A stretch of 64,000 bases of DNA from an uncultured bacterium (GCA_964398355.1 CAYNMM010000047.1:11738-75737), one strand, 5' to 3'. Shown: positions 10,162 to 20,436, numbered from the stretch's first letter. The notes: a model not told the origin generated them from the sequence alone. A program made the numbers and translations.

Positions 10162-10409
10162 AAGTTGATGAAATTCTGTCGCTTACACTTGTGCAGTTAA
10201 TTTCGAAGGCCTGGGCCTTCCTTGGGATGGTATCACATCCAGAGACGGGGAAAATAAAAAGAGACCTTGAGCAGGCCAGATTAGCCATTGACTCCATCGA
10301 GGTCATATATCCACTGATCAAGGATAAACTGGGGGATGATGAAAGAAAAGGTATCGAACTCGAGTTAACAAATTTAAGGTTAAATTTTGTCAAACAAAGG
10401 AGTGAATGA
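10122..10409 (+). CDS. small conserved hypothetical protein (DUF1844-like, tentative)
   Basis: 95 aa with GGAGG RBS. Overlaps the MFS 3' end by 40 nt and the purH start by ATGA. Confidence 0.4.
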   Translation: MDQPGEKLSKEELKVDEILSLTLVQLISKAWAFLGMVSHPETGKIKRDLEQARLAIDSIEVIYPLIKDKLGDDERKGIELELTNLRLNFVKQRSE

Positions 10410-11935
10410 TGAAGCGTGCCTTGATTTCGGTGAGTAAGAAAAGCAAGGTCGTGTCTGACTTTGCGGGTGCATTGGAGAATCTCGGATGGGAAATTCTATC
10501 TACAGGCGGAACAGCTAAATTTCTGAAATCCAGAGGAGTAAATGTTAAACTTGTAGAGGATGTCACAGGTTTTCCATCGATTATGGATGGAAGGGTAAAG
10601 ACTCTTCATCCATCTGTGTTTGCAGGTATTCTGTTTGATAGAGATAAAAAAGAGCACCGTGAAGATCTTGAGAGGGTAAACGCACTTGAAATAGAGCTTG
10701 TCTTTGTAAATTTTTATCCTTTCGAGGAGGTTGTGAAAAAGGAAGATGCATCTATTGAGGACATCATCGAAAACATTGATATTGGTGGCCCTTCACTTGT
10801 GAGAGCATCCGCAAAAAATTTCAAACACGTGACTGTAATTACCGATGAAGATGATATTCCCGCTGTTCTGGAAGAGCTAAAAACACTCGGAGGCACATCG
10901 TACGATCTCAGGAAAAAGCTTGCTGTCAAAGCGTTCGCAAGGACAGCGATCTACGATAGCGTTGTCTACAATACACTATGGGGACTTTTTATGGATAAAG
11001 AGATGCCTGACTATTTAATCAACGCCGCCACAATTGAAACCAGACTAAGATACGGAGAAAATCCCCATCAAAAAGCTGCACTGTATAAGAATGTTCTCAC
11101 AGGGCACATACTTGATAAAGTTGAAAAGCTTTGGGGAAAAGAGCTCTCATACAATAATATCGTTGACTTTTTTGCCGGTTTTGAACTTATTCAAGAATTT
11201 AACGATCCTACGGCTGTAATACTTAAACATACAAATCCATGCGGTGTTGCAACAAGGGATAATATTTACGATGCTTATGTTGAGGCATTAGCTGGTGACC
11301 CGATCTCAGCTTTTGGTGGCATTGTACTACTCAACAGGGAGGTTCACGAGGAGCTGGCTTTTAAACTCAATGAACACTTTCTTGAAATAGTCGCAGCTCC
11401 TTCATTTACCGAAAAGGCACTGGAAATACTCAAGAAGAAGAAAAATCGTAGAATCATCAAGTATCTTGAGGTTGAAACTGAAAACGCTGAATTCAAGTCA
11501 ATACCAGGAGGGTTACTACTCCAGGAAAAGGATCGAGTTCTGCTGGAAAGGGAGAAACTTGAGGTGGTATCAGGAGAACTTGACCAGGATACTCTGGATG
11601 AACTTCTTTTTGCATTTAAAGTGGTGAAACACGTGAAGTCAAACGCTATTGTAGTAGCCAGAGAGTTCAGGACACTTGGGATAGGCGCAGGACAGATGAA
11701 CAGGGTCCAGGCTGTGGAACTTGCACTGGAATCCGCAGGTGATGAGGTCCAGGGAGCCGTTCTGGCCTCCGACGCATTTTTCCCTTTCCGGGACTCCATA
11801 GATCTGGCCTCAAAATACGGGATAAAAGCTATTATCCAGCCAGGTGGCTCTGTGCGTGATAAAGAGGTTATAGAAGCTGCAAGGGAGCATGGGATTACCA
11901 TGGTCTTCACACACATGAGACATTTTAGACACTGA
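10406..11935 (+). CDS. purH: bifunctional AICAR formyltransferase / IMP cyclohydrolase
   Basis: 509 aa. MGS-like N-terminus ALISVSKK...GGTAKFL...VKTLHPSVFAGIL and AICARFT C-terminal domain. Confidence 0.9.
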   Translation: MMKRALISVSKKSKVVSDFAGALENLGWEILSTGGTAKFLKSRGVNVKLVEDVTGFPSIMDGRVKTLHPSVFAGILFDRDKKEHREDLERVNALEIELVFVNFYPFEEVVKKEDASIEDIIENIDIGGPSLVRASAKNFKHVTVITDEDDIPAVLEELKTLGGTSYDLRKKLAVKAFARTAIYDSVVYNTLWGLFMDKEMPDYLINAATIETRLRYGENPHQKAALYKNVLTGHILDKVEKLWGKELSYNNIVDFFAGFELIQEFNDPTAVILKHTNPCGVATRDNIYDAYVEALAGDPISAFGGIVLLNREVHEELAFKLNEHFLEIVAAPSFTEKALEILKKKKNRRIIKYLEVETENAEFKSIPGGLLLQEKDRVLLEREKLEVVSGELDQDTLDELLFAFKVVKHVKSNAIVVAREFRTLGIGAGQMNRVQAVELALESAGDEVQGAVLASDAFFPFRDSIDLASKYGIKAIIQPGGSVRDKEVIEAAREHGITMVFTHMRHFRH

Positions 11936-11979
11936 ATTTCACGTTGGAAAAGATTTCTCAGTGAGATTATAATTTCCGC

Positions 11980-12540
11980 ATGACAAAAAATCTACTAATT
12001 TGGTCAGGAATTTTTCTTCTAACAACTTCCTGCGGGATGTTTGAGTTGAGAAGCAGAGAGAATCCCACTTTATCCTCTGGATGGATTTTACCCGATTCAG
12101 CACAAATTGTGATTAAAAATATTCAAAACTCGTTCATAGATTTGAATATCGTTAATTATTCCAATAACTTTGACGATAGCTTTGCTTTTCACCCGGATTC
12201 AATAACCTACAGCAGGAATCCGGAGTTATTTTCCAACTGGGATAAAACGAAAGAGGTACAGAATGCAACGGTAATGTTTAGCCAGATAAGGTCAAATCCT
12301 GATGTAAATATATCAATTATGTCAGCAGATACTATTGGTGATACGGTCAATTTTCTATGTCCCTATGAAATGCAAATAATTTTTCAAAATGGAGACGCTG
12401 TACTCGTGAGGGGAAAATCACTTTTTAAGGTATATCCTCATGAAGATGGATTATACTATTTACTGGAATGGGAGGATTTTCTGCCCGATACAAACATCTC
12501 GGGAAGTATTACCTGGAGTGAGTTAAAAGCAAGATTTTAA
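11980..12540 (+). CDS. lipoprotein, hypothetical
   Basis: 186 aa, lipobox LLTTSC. Confidence 0.45.
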   Translation: MTKNLLIWSGIFLLTTSCGMFELRSRENPTLSSGWILPDSAQIVIKNIQNSFIDLNIVNYSNNFDDSFAFHPDSITYSRNPELFSNWDKTKEVQNATVMFSQIRSNPDVNISIMSADTIGDTVNFLCPYEMQIIFQNGDAVLVRGKSLFKVYPHEDGLYYLLEWEDFLPDTNISGSITWSELKARF

Positions 12541-12554
12541 AGGAGGTAAACAAA

Positions 12555-12866
12555 ATGCCGACAAGAGAAGAAGTTATAAATGTTCTTAAAGAAATTTATG
12601 ATCCTGAGATTCCGGTGGATATCTGGAATCTGGGGTTGATCTATGGGATTGAGATTGACGACGGTAAAATAAATATCAGAATGACCCTGACGGCACCAGG
12701 ATGTCCCCTCGCCAATGTTCTGGCATACAATGTTGAGGAGAAATTAAAGGAATTACCGGGAGTTGAAGAAGTAAATGTTCAGATTGTTTGGGATCCTCCA
12801 TGGTCAGTTGACAGGATCTCCGAAGAAGGGAAGAAGATTCTTCGTTCATACGGCTATCAAATTTAA
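12555..12866 (+). CDS. DUF59/MIP18-family Fe-S cluster assembly protein (SufT-like)
   Basis: 103 aa. EIYDPEIPVDIWNLGLIY...TLTAPGCP motif. GGAGG RBS. Confidence 0.7.
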   Translation: MPTREEVINVLKEIYDPEIPVDIWNLGLIYGIEIDDGKINIRMTLTAPGCPLANVLAYNVEEKLKELPGVEEVNVQIVWDPPWSVDRISEEGKKILRSYGYQI

Positions 12867-14368
12867 TGAGATACAGGGGTGTAGGCAGTTTTGCGTCAGC
12901 GACATTCGTTTCGCGAATCTTTGGTCTTATAAGGGAAAGTACTATTGCTTACATCCTTGGAGCCAGTAATTTATCCGACGCTTTTTATGTAGCCTTTAGA
13001 ATTCCAAATCTATTCAGGGATATATTTGCGGAAAATGCTGTACAGTCTGCTTTAATCCCCACATATTTTCGAGCACGTGAAAATAAAAGGGAGGAGGAAT
13101 TCCTTGGTGCTACTTTTTTGTTCATTATTGGATCGACACTGATTCTGACGGTCCTGGGCATAATTTTTGCAGATCTTGTCGTGACGATCTTTGCTTACGG
13201 ATTCAGGTCCGATCCTTCGAAATTCCACCTGACCGTAAATTTAACAAAAATTACCTTTCCTTATCTATGGTTGATTTCCTTCGCTGCCTTCCTGGGCGGA
13301 GTGTTAAACATTTATAGAAAATTTTTTGTACCGGCATTTGCACCTACATTTTTCAACCTGGGTGTAATTTTTACAGCCATACTCGGGTATAAAATTACAG
13401 GCGACCCCCTTAAAGCTCTTTACTTTATAGCCGCAGGAGTGATTGTGGGCGGACTGTTACACTCCGTATTTGAAATACCTTTTGTTCTGAGAAAAAAAGT
13501 GAGTGTGAAATTTAAAGGCTTCCATGTGCCAGAATTTAGATCGTTTTTAAAACTGCTCTCCCCGGTTTTTCTGAACACTGGCTTCACACGGTTAACCCTC
13601 TTTGTAAACACATTAATTGCATCGTTCCTGAAAGGAGGATCTATCTCCTATCTTAATTTTGCTTTTAGAATCATGCAATTACCAATAGGGCTCTTCGGTG
13701 TAGGGGTTTCAACTGTTGTTAATCCTGACATTTCAGAGAAAGTGGCAAAAAATGCTGACCCATCTCGGGAGATTATGGATGGAATAAGGTTATCACTATT
13801 TTTAACACTTCCTTTTCTCGCCATTTTTATTGCTGATGCAAGAGGTATTATCAGCGTCATTTATCAAAGGGGTCGTTTTGGAGAGGTTGCACTTGCCAAT
13901 ACATCTCTTGCATTGATTTTCTATTCTCTCTCAATAGTTCCAAACTCCATTTCCAAAATTCTTTTGTCATATTTCTTTGCCAGAAATAATGCCTCCGTAC
14001 CTAATAGAGTTTTTGCTGCGGGAACTGCGGTCAACATTTTATTTTCAATTCTGCTCGGTTTTACGATCGGTTTTTACGGGCTCGCCCTTGCCACTTCACT
14101 TGGTAGTATCACGCAACTCGGACTTTTATTCTTCTACATAAAAGATGAAATAATCACAAGGAAAGCTGACTTCATAGACATGGGCAAGATTTTTGCAGTC
14201 AACACTCTCCTGTTCTTCTATCTTTTGCTAAAAATAAGGGGTATCAGAACAGATTTACTTATAGACATCGTAGTATTTCCTGTGCTTTACATTTCGATGC
14301 TTCTGCTCCTCAAAGTTCCAGAAGTCAAGCGGATTTTACACATCATCTCCACATTTAAATCAACATAA
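12866..14368 (+). CDS. murJ: lipid II flippase MurJ (MviN)
   Basis: 500 aa polytopic. N-terminal SRIFGLIRESTIAYILGAS...SDAFYVAFRIPNLFRDIF. TAATG coupling to the upstream gene. Confidence 0.85.
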   Translation: MRYRGVGSFASATFVSRIFGLIRESTIAYILGASNLSDAFYVAFRIPNLFRDIFAENAVQSALIPTYFRARENKREEEFLGATFLFIIGSTLILTVLGIIFADLVVTIFAYGFRSDPSKFHLTVNLTKITFPYLWLISFAAFLGGVLNIYRKFFVPAFAPTFFNLGVIFTAILGYKITGDPLKALYFIAAGVIVGGLLHSVFEIPFVLRKKVSVKFKGFHVPEFRSFLKLLSPVFLNTGFTRLTLFVNTLIASFLKGGSISYLNFAFRIMQLPIGLFGVGVSTVVNPDISEKVAKNADPSREIMDGIRLSLFLTLPFLAIFIADARGIISVIYQRGRFGEVALANTSLALIFYSLSIVPNSISKILLSYFFARNNASVPNRVFAAGTAVNILFSILLGFTIGFYGLALATSLGSITQLGLLFFYIKDEIITRKADFIDMGKIFAVNTLLFFYLLLKIRGIRTDLLIDIVVFPVLYISMLLLLKVPEVKRILHIISTFKST

Positions 14369-14411
14369 ATTTAGTGGAATGGATGTTCAGAGGCTCTCGA
14401 TATTTAAAATT

Positions 14412-14427
14412 CAAGTGCAAGCACTTG
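14412..14427. terminator. short hairpin between convergent murJ and dnaN (candidate bidirectional terminator)
   Basis: CAAGTGC-AA-GCACTTG inverted repeat in the convergent gap. Confidence 0.3.
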
Positions 14428-14473
14428 CCGAACTTAGAAATTGTGGAAAACAACACCCCCTCCTTTTTGTACT

Positions 14474-15568
14474 TTAATCAAGTTTTATCGGCATCAACAA
14501 GTATAATAATTCTTCGTTCTCTCTGAAACCGACAGGCTCAATTTTAATAGCCGTGGATGGGTTGTATATACTTATTCTAATCTGCTCAGCATCAAGCTTT
14601 CTCACTATTTCAAGGAGATACTGAGCATTAAAAGCAAGTTTTGTGGTTTCTCCCTGATAAGTAGCATCAACCATTTCATCCCCCTCTCCAACATCAGGTG
14701 AAGAAGCAAAGAGTCTTAAACCATTCGTTGAAAACTCTATTTTTAAAAGGTAGGTCGGGCTTGGTGTAAAGAGAGATAATCTCTTTAGAGCGCTGAGCAA
14801 TTCATCTCTTGTTACAATCGCCACATTTTCGGTTTCTCCGGGAATTATTTCATCATATGGAGGATAAGGTCCTTCAATCTGTCTTGTTACAAGAAAAGAG
14901 TCTTTGAAAAACATACCGAGAGAATCCTTAGAAAATCTAACGTTAACCGTCTCTTCATCCTTTGATTTCAGATATTCGAATGTATGTCTTGGAACAATAG
15001 CCTGGATTGTGAAGGGTGATTCCTGCGTCATTTTCCAGAGTCCGAGTTTATGGGAATCTGTAGCAACAAGACGGAGTTCATTTTCTCGAAAATCGAGAAG
15101 TACACCCGTAAGAAATGCACGTGGGTCCTCTTTAGCTGCACAAAATGATACATAATTGCTTCCCCTGATCAGAGCGTCAGTAGAAACACTTGTTCCATCT
15201 GCTTCGTCAAATGTCTTAAAAGAGGGGAAATCTTCAGGATCAAGACCTGTTAACGTATATTCTCCCTTATCAGTTTTCATCCTTGTTGCACCGGAAGAAT
15301 GTTCGAAAGTTATCGTTATGGGTGGTAAAGTCTGAACAATATTCAGTATCAATTTTCCAGGAAGAGTAAACGAGCCATTTTCAGAGTCGTAAACAGGGAT
15401 CCAGCTTCTAATTGAGAAATCGAGGTTGGTGGCTGAGATGTAAAGTTCTCCATCTTTTACTTCAAAGAGCAAATTGTTTAATATGGGTAATGTAGTTCGG
15501 GTAGGTAATGCTTTGGAGACTTCCGACAGAGCTCTTTCAAACAACATTTTGTCAACGACAAATTTCAT
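14474..15568 (-). CDS. dnaN: DNA polymerase III beta sliding clamp
   Basis: 364 aa, MKFVVDKMLFERALSEVSKA...LPILNNLLFEV typical DnaN N-terminus. Confidence 0.9.
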   Translation of the reverse strand: MKFVVDKMLFERALSEVSKALPTRTTLPILNNLLFEVKDGELYISATNLDFSIRSWIPVYDSENGSFTLPGKLILNIVQTLPPITITFEHSSGATRMKTDKGEYTLTGLDPEDFPSFKTFDEADGTSVSTDALIRGSNYVSFCAAKEDPRAFLTGVLLDFRENELRLVATDSHKLGLWKMTQESPFTIQAIVPRHTFEYLKSKDEETVNVRFSKDSLGMFFKDSFLVTRQIEGPYPPYDEIIPGETENVAIVTRDELLSALKRLSLFTPSPTYLLKIEFSTNGLRLFASSPDVGEGDEMVDATYQGETTKLAFNAQYLLEIVRKLDAEQIRISIYNPSTAIKIEPVGFRENEELLYLLMPIKLD

Positions 15569-15695
15569 ATTAAATCCTCCACATCAGTTTCTTTAATAAT
15601 TTTAAAAATATCTGTTTTCGTTGTTGTAGAGTGTTGAAATTCTATTAAAGTCGTTCCACCTGCTTGTCTTATTTGATGTGGAAATACTGTGAAAA

Positions 15696-17048
15696 TCATT
15701 TTTCACCGAACAGTAGGTCAATTACGTTATCTATATTTTCTTTGAATTTCGGATCTGTGTAAAACAAAAATTTCCCTTGCTCGTAACTGTGGATAATTGT
15801 TGAGTGATCTCTTCCTCCGAGTGCTCTTCCGAGTTTTTTGTATGGTACATTCAAGCGGACTCTTGCAACGTAGACAAATGCATGTCTGGCTTTCATTACC
15901 TGGGCTTTTCTCGTCTTTCCCGCAATTAATTCTTTTGGTACATTGAACACGTCAGATACCACCTTCATAAGTTCGTCAAGCTCAACGGGGTTTTCATCAT
16001 GATTAAAAGTTTTTAACAGATCGACCAGGAAATGCTTCGTTATTTCTCTTCCGTCAAACTCCTGTTTGGCTTTTATGGCATTTATTATCCCTTCAAGGTC
16101 CCTTATGCTCTTTATGGGTTTATAAGCGATATAATCAACATATTCATCTTTCAGTAGAATATTTTCGCTTTTAATCCTTTCCAGGATAAATTTCTTTCTC
16201 AATTCAAAATCAACTGGTTTGATTTCAGCTACAAGGCCAGATCTCATTCGAGTACGAATCCTTTCATCAAGGGAATCAATTTTCTCCGGGCTTCTGTCAG
16301 CGGCCAGTACGACCTGTTTATTAGATCTCATTAATGAATCAATGGTGTGGAAAATCTCTTCTTGAATCATAGGTTTTGAATTGAGAAATTGGATCTCATC
16401 TATCAGGAGTATATCGATATCTCTGATTTGAGCTTTGAATTTGATCATAGATTTGCTTTTGATAGCATTGATCATCTTGGTCAGGAATTCCTCAGCAGTT
16501 ATGTAAAGAATCTTGTAATCTGTTCTGGAATTAACGAGGATATGGTTTCCAATAGCATGTAACAGATGTGTTTTTCCAACGCCAGACGGTCCGTAGATAT
16601 AAAGTGGATTAAATTTCTTTACAGGATTTTTAGCTACTTCGTAAGCGCTTTTATACGCAAATTCATTGGATGGTCCAACAACAAAATTGTTGAAACTCAG
16701 ATTTTTTATTAATCTGAATTTTTTGAATTTGTCCCCGGATTTTTGTTTCTCTTCCTTTTCTTCTTCCATGATTTCTTCACTTTCGTTTAAAGAGAAGCTA
16801 ACGGATATTTCCCCGTCGGTAACAAGCGAAACTGCTTTTTTAACTTTATCGAGATAATGATGTTCCACCCACTCAATATAGAACTCGTTAGGTGCCCCAA
16901 GGTATAGGGTATCATTCATCAAGCCGAGAGGCTCAAGATCGGAGAACCATGCCATAAAAGTTTTTTCACCAACGAGCTCTTTGAGAATTTTTGATGCATT
17001 TTCCCATATCTCAATAGCTTTGTCTGGTTCACTTAAACTTCTTACCAT
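15696..17048 (-). CDS. dnaA: chromosomal replication initiator DnaA
   Basis: 450 aa. Walker A GPSGVGKTHLLHAIGN, AAA+ core, C-terminal DNA-binding domain. Confidence 0.95.
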   Translation of the reverse strand: MVRSLSEPDKAIEIWENASKILKELVGEKTFMAWFSDLEPLGLMNDTLYLGAPNEFYIEWVEHHYLDKVKKAVSLVTDGEISVSFSLNESEEIMEEEKEEKQKSGDKFKKFRLIKNLSFNNFVVGPSNEFAYKSAYEVAKNPVKKFNPLYIYGPSGVGKTHLLHAIGNHILVNSRTDYKILYITAEEFLTKMINAIKSKSMIKFKAQIRDIDILLIDEIQFLNSKPMIQEEIFHTIDSLMRSNKQVVLAADRSPEKIDSLDERIRTRMRSGLVAEIKPVDFELRKKFILERIKSENILLKDEYVDYIAYKPIKSIRDLEGIINAIKAKQEFDGREITKHFLVDLLKTFNHDENPVELDELMKVVSDVFNVPKELIAGKTRKAQVMKARHAFVYVARVRLNVPYKKLGRALGGRDHSTIIHSYEQGKFLFYTDPKFKENIDNVIDLLFGEK

Positions 17049-17361
17049 AAAACAAACCTCCTTTTTTCAACATTGATGTGGAAAAACCCTTGATTGTCAC
17101 CCTGTGTAATATTTGAAAAAATCCAGTAAACACTGTCATTTTCGACTTTAAAGAACATAGGCTAACTCCTTTATGGTGAACATAGTTTTTGATATTGTCA
17201 ACTTCATTCTGAAAGTCCAGTTTTTGCTTACATTTACAATTGAGTAGAAATTATAAGCTTAAATAATGAAAAATACATGCTTTTGTGTTCATATTTGTAT
17301 CAATTCAATTAAAATTTTATCCCTTACCGACATCAACTCTCCGTAATTTTGTGCAAATTCG
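17049..17361. other. candidate oriC (AT-rich dnaA upstream region with DnaA-box-like TGTGGAAA/TTATCCC motifs)
   Basis: 313-bp ORF-free AT-rich region 5' of dnaA, flanked by divergently transcribed genes. Contains TTGATGTGGAAA (17073-17084) and TTATCCCTT (17317-17325). Confidence 0.5.
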
Positions 17362-18447
17362 TTGAAAAAATTCCGCCTAAAGTGTAATTTAACTCTCATG
17401 GAAATATTTCCATACGAAGTGGTTTATAAGCATTTCATTCCGAAGAACGAACTGGTGACGGAAGACGGTGCCTACTTTATTGGGACGTTTAGGAATGATC
17501 CAGACACGGAAGCAGAGGACCTTTCAAAAGAGCTCCTTTCGCTTAATTTTGTGCCTGTCATTCGAAAAACGCCTGAGGGGTATTATGAAATTTTTGTTAG
17601 AAAAGGGGGGTATATACCACCTGAGAGGCACTGGATCAACATTATTTTATTTCTTTTAACTATCGTCTCTACGCTCGTTGTAGGTGCTCTACATGCTGGT
17701 ATGAATCCACTTAAAAACCCGGCGAATCTGATTTACGGTGTCCCTTTTTCACTATCTCTTATTGCTATTCTTGGTAGCCATGAGCTTGGTCATTACACCC
17801 TATCAAAAATTCACAAAGTCCGGGCTACTTTACCGTATTTTATCCCTGTTCCGCATCCACTTGTTGGTACTCTTGGGGCTTTTATAAAGATAAAATCCCC
17901 TATCCCATCTCGTAGAGCACTGCTTGATATAGGTGCAGCTGGTCCATTAACAGGTTTTATTGTTGCCATTCCTATAACTTTTATTGGGTTAAAACTATCC
18001 GCGGTTGTACCCAAATCCTCAGCTGGTGGCTTGTTTCTTGGCGAGCCTTTAATTTTTAAATTCCTCTCTTTTATAGCTGGTATCCACGTACCTTCCAACA
18101 TGGATCTTTACCTTCATCCGATGGCGTTTGCTGGATGGATAGGCTTCTTTGTTACAGGATTGAATCTCATCCCCATAGGACAGCTTGACGGTGGACACAT
18201 CTCCTTTGCTCTCTTTGGTAAGCATCATACAAAGATAGCTTTTGCCTCTCTTTTTGCTCTTGTCGCACTCGGTTTTCTATGGGCTGGATGGTGGACCTGG
18301 GCGATACTCGTCGTAATTCTTGGCCTAAGACATCCTGCACCTTTAAACGAAGTTTCCCGTCTTGATCGCAAGCGTCTCCTCATTGGTATTATTTCTATTC
18401 TGATTTTTGTCCTTACTTTTATCCCGCGCCCGTTTTTTGTCAAATAA
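17362..18447 (+). CDS. site-2 protease family (M50) membrane metalloprotease
   Basis: HELGHY (HExxH) and LDGGH motifs in TM context. Start ambiguous (TTG 17362 or ATG 17398). Confidence 0.7.
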   Translation: MKKFRLKCNLTLMEIFPYEVVYKHFIPKNELVTEDGAYFIGTFRNDPDTEAEDLSKELLSLNFVPVIRKTPEGYYEIFVRKGGYIPPERHWINIILFLLTIVSTLVVGALHAGMNPLKNPANLIYGVPFSLSLIAILGSHELGHYTLSKIHKVRATLPYFIPVPHPLVGTLGAFIKIKSPIPSRRALLDIGAAGPLTGFIVAIPITFIGLKLSAVVPKSSAGGLFLGEPLIFKFLSFIAGIHVPSNMDLYLHPMAFAGWIGFFVTGLNLIPIGQLDGGHISFALFGKHHTKIAFASLFALVALGFLWAGWWTWAILVVILGLRHPAPLNEVSRLDRKRLLIGIISILIFVLTFIPRPFFVK

Positions 18448-18502
18448 AAGTTGATAGATTGAAAGTTTTAGCTAAAAATTTACAAAAATGGAGGTTTTTG
18501 AA

Positions 18503-19087
18503 ATGCAAGAAGAATTAGGAGGCTGGGAAGCCCTTCTTGGAATGGAAGAATCCGAGGAAAATTATGGAATTTTTGTGTTGATTGAAAAATTCGATGAGTC
18601 TAACTTTGAAAAATGTACAAGACTGATTACCCCGGCACTGAGTTTGAAGGATGAACTTGGTCACCCGGTGAGCCTGATTTTAATAGGTAATACAACTGAT
18701 GGAGATATTGAAAAGCTGAAGGCTTTTCCTGTTTCTACGATACATGTGAAAAAGCTTCAGAAACCTGATGAAACGCTTGATTTCCTGAAGGAATTTATTT
18801 CTGAAATTAAGCCATTTGTTCTCATCGGTAGCTCGGATGGAATAGCTTCGGACGTGTTCCCTTATCTTGCACAATCTGATGATGTCGGGTATCTTGGCGG
18901 TGGTATTCAGCTGAGTCTTAATTCTGAGGATAATAAAATTCTTGTTAAAAGGAAAATTTACGGTGGATTGTTGATTGAAACGGTGAAAAATTTGAAACAG
19001 GGAGTCCAATTTGTTACTCTTAGATCGGATTACTTTGAAGAGCCAATGGGTGGAGAAAATACCGATGTGGAGGTGAAAACCTGGTGA
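18503..19087 (+). CDS. ETF-alpha N-terminal-domain-like protein (no FAD-binding C-domain)
   Basis: About 194 aa. PFVLIGSSDGIASDVFPYLAQSDDVGYLGGGIQL...RKIYGGLLIETVK is collinear with the ETF-alpha domain I pattern (PDLVLxGATSxGRDLAPRxAARL...RPxYGGK). Start at second ATG with GGAGG RBS. Stop overlaps the panB GTG start. Confidence 0.45.
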   Translation: MQEELGGWEALLGMEESEENYGIFVLIEKFDESNFEKCTRLITPALSLKDELGHPVSLILIGNTTDGDIEKLKAFPVSTIHVKKLQKPDETLDFLKEFISEIKPFVLIGSSDGIASDVFPYLAQSDDVGYLGGGIQLSLNSEDNKILVKRKIYGGLLIETVKNLKQGVQFVTLRSDYFEEPMGGENTDVEVKTW

Positions 19088-19905
19088 AGAAGGTCACCGT
19101 GCGTACTTTTATAAAGAAAAAGAAAGAAGGCGAAAAGATAACAATGCTTACTGCTTATGACTACCCATCTGCCAGACTACTTGATGAGGCTGGCATCGAT
19201 GCAATACTTGTTGGCGATTCTCTGGGTATGGTTATTCAAGGTCATGAAACTACACTTCCTGTGACAGTTGAAGAGATGCTCTACCATGTGAAAGCTGTAA
19301 GACGTGGTGTCAGGAGAGCGATGGTTATTGCTGATATGCCATTTCTTTCCTATCAGGTTAGTGAGCAAGAGGCTGTGAGAAATGCTGGATTGATGCTTAA
19401 AGAAGGTGGAGCAGATGCTGTCAAGCTTGAAGGTGGTCGCCGTATCGCTCCCCTCGTAAAAAAGCTTGTGGAAACTGGTATTCCTATCATGGGTCATATT
19501 GGATTAACCCCACAGTCTGTCCATGTCTTCGGTGGCTACAGAGTTCAGGGACGGACAGAGGATGATATAAGAAGATTAAAAGAGGATGCAAAAATACTTG
19601 AAGAATCAGGTGTCTTTTCAATTGTACTGGAAAGTGTACCTGTAGAGGTAGCAAAAGAAATAACTGATAGTCTTTCTATCCCCACAATCGGGATTGGGGC
19701 TGGATCCCACACTGATGGCCAGGTTCTTGTTTTTCATGACTATCTTGGGTTGTTTGAGGATATCAAGCCAAGGTTTGTTAAACGTTATAGAGAACTCGGG
19801 AAGGAGATCATTCAGGCTACAAAGGAATATATTGAAGATGTTAAATCCGGGAAATTTCCCGCTCCAGAGCACTCTTTTTTCCTCGATAAACTGAAAAAAG
19901 ATTGA
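19084..19905 (+). CDS. panB: 3-methyl-2-oxobutanoate hydroxymethyltransferase
   Basis: 273 aa. ITMLTAYDYPSARLLDEAGIDAILVGDSLGMVIQGHETTLPVTVEEMLYH matches the PanB core. GTG start. Confidence 0.9.
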   Translation: MKKVTVRTFIKKKKEGEKITMLTAYDYPSARLLDEAGIDAILVGDSLGMVIQGHETTLPVTVEEMLYHVKAVRRGVRRAMVIADMPFLSYQVSEQEAVRNAGLMLKEGGADAVKLEGGRRIAPLVKKLVETGIPIMGHIGLTPQSVHVFGGYRVQGRTEDDIRRLKEDAKILEESGVFSIVLESVPVEVAKEITDSLSIPTIGIGAGSHTDGQVLVFHDYLGLFEDIKPRFVKRYRELGKEIIQATKEYIEDVKSGKFPAPEHSFFLDKLKKD

Positions 19906-19953
19906 AAAATTAAACACCTGTCTTATCCTATGAACCAAAAAGGAGGTTTAGGT

Positions 19954-20436
19954 ATGGAGTTCAAAATTGTTAAAGTAGAGAAACCTGAAGAAGTGAATGT
20001 CATTCTTGGACAATCCCATTTTATAAAAACTGTTGAAGATCTCTATGAAGCTCTTGTTACAAGTGTTCCTGGCATTAAATTTGGTCTGGCTTTTTGTGAG
20101 TCATCCGGTCCACGACTTGTAAGATGGGCTGGTAACGATGACGAGTTACTTGAACTTGCCAGGAAGAATGCTCTAAACATAGGTGCAGGCCATTCTTTCA
20201 TCATCCTTCTCCGCAACGTATTCCCTATCAATGTTATGAAGGCCATCAAGAACGTAGATGAGGTTGTAAATATATATGCTGCAACTGCAAATCCCCTTGA
20301 GGTTGTGATTGCAGAAACAGAACAGGGTAGAGGAATAATGGGTGTTATTGATGGTGAGCCCCCTCTTGGTGTGGAGGGTGATGAAGATATAGCAAAGCGT
20401 AAAGAATTTCTGAGAAAGATAGGATACAAAATTTAA
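19954..20436 (+). CDS. PF04008/DUF355-like protein (annotated in databases as adenosine-specific kinase family), tentative
   Basis: About 160 aa. [35 protein letters not shown]...[10 protein letters not shown] recalled as this mostly archaeal family. GGAGG RBS. TAATG coupling to the next gene. Confidence 0.4.
   Translation: MEFKIVKVEKPEEVNVILGQSHFIKTVEDLYEALVTSVPGIKFGLAFCESSGPRLVRWAGNDDELLELARKNALNIGAGHSFIILLRNVFPINVMKAIKNVDEVVNIYAATANPLEVVIAETEQGRGIMGVIDGEPPLGVEGDEDIAKRKEFLRKIGYKI

Noticed and set aside
11344-11916. 190-aa Ser-rich antisense ORF inside purH. Similar antisense ORFs occur inside other genes (e.g. 7906-8334, 1594-2004, 20043-20429, 35427-35795).
   Set aside because: They are fully embedded in strongly supported genes on the opposite strand, with low-complexity translations and no RBS. 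These are typical shadow ORFs.
15578-15586. Third TGATGTGGA DnaA-box-like copy immediately upstream of dnaN
   Set aside because: It coincides with the dnaN ribosome-binding site (GGAGGA on the coding strand). The match is more simply explained as the RBS.
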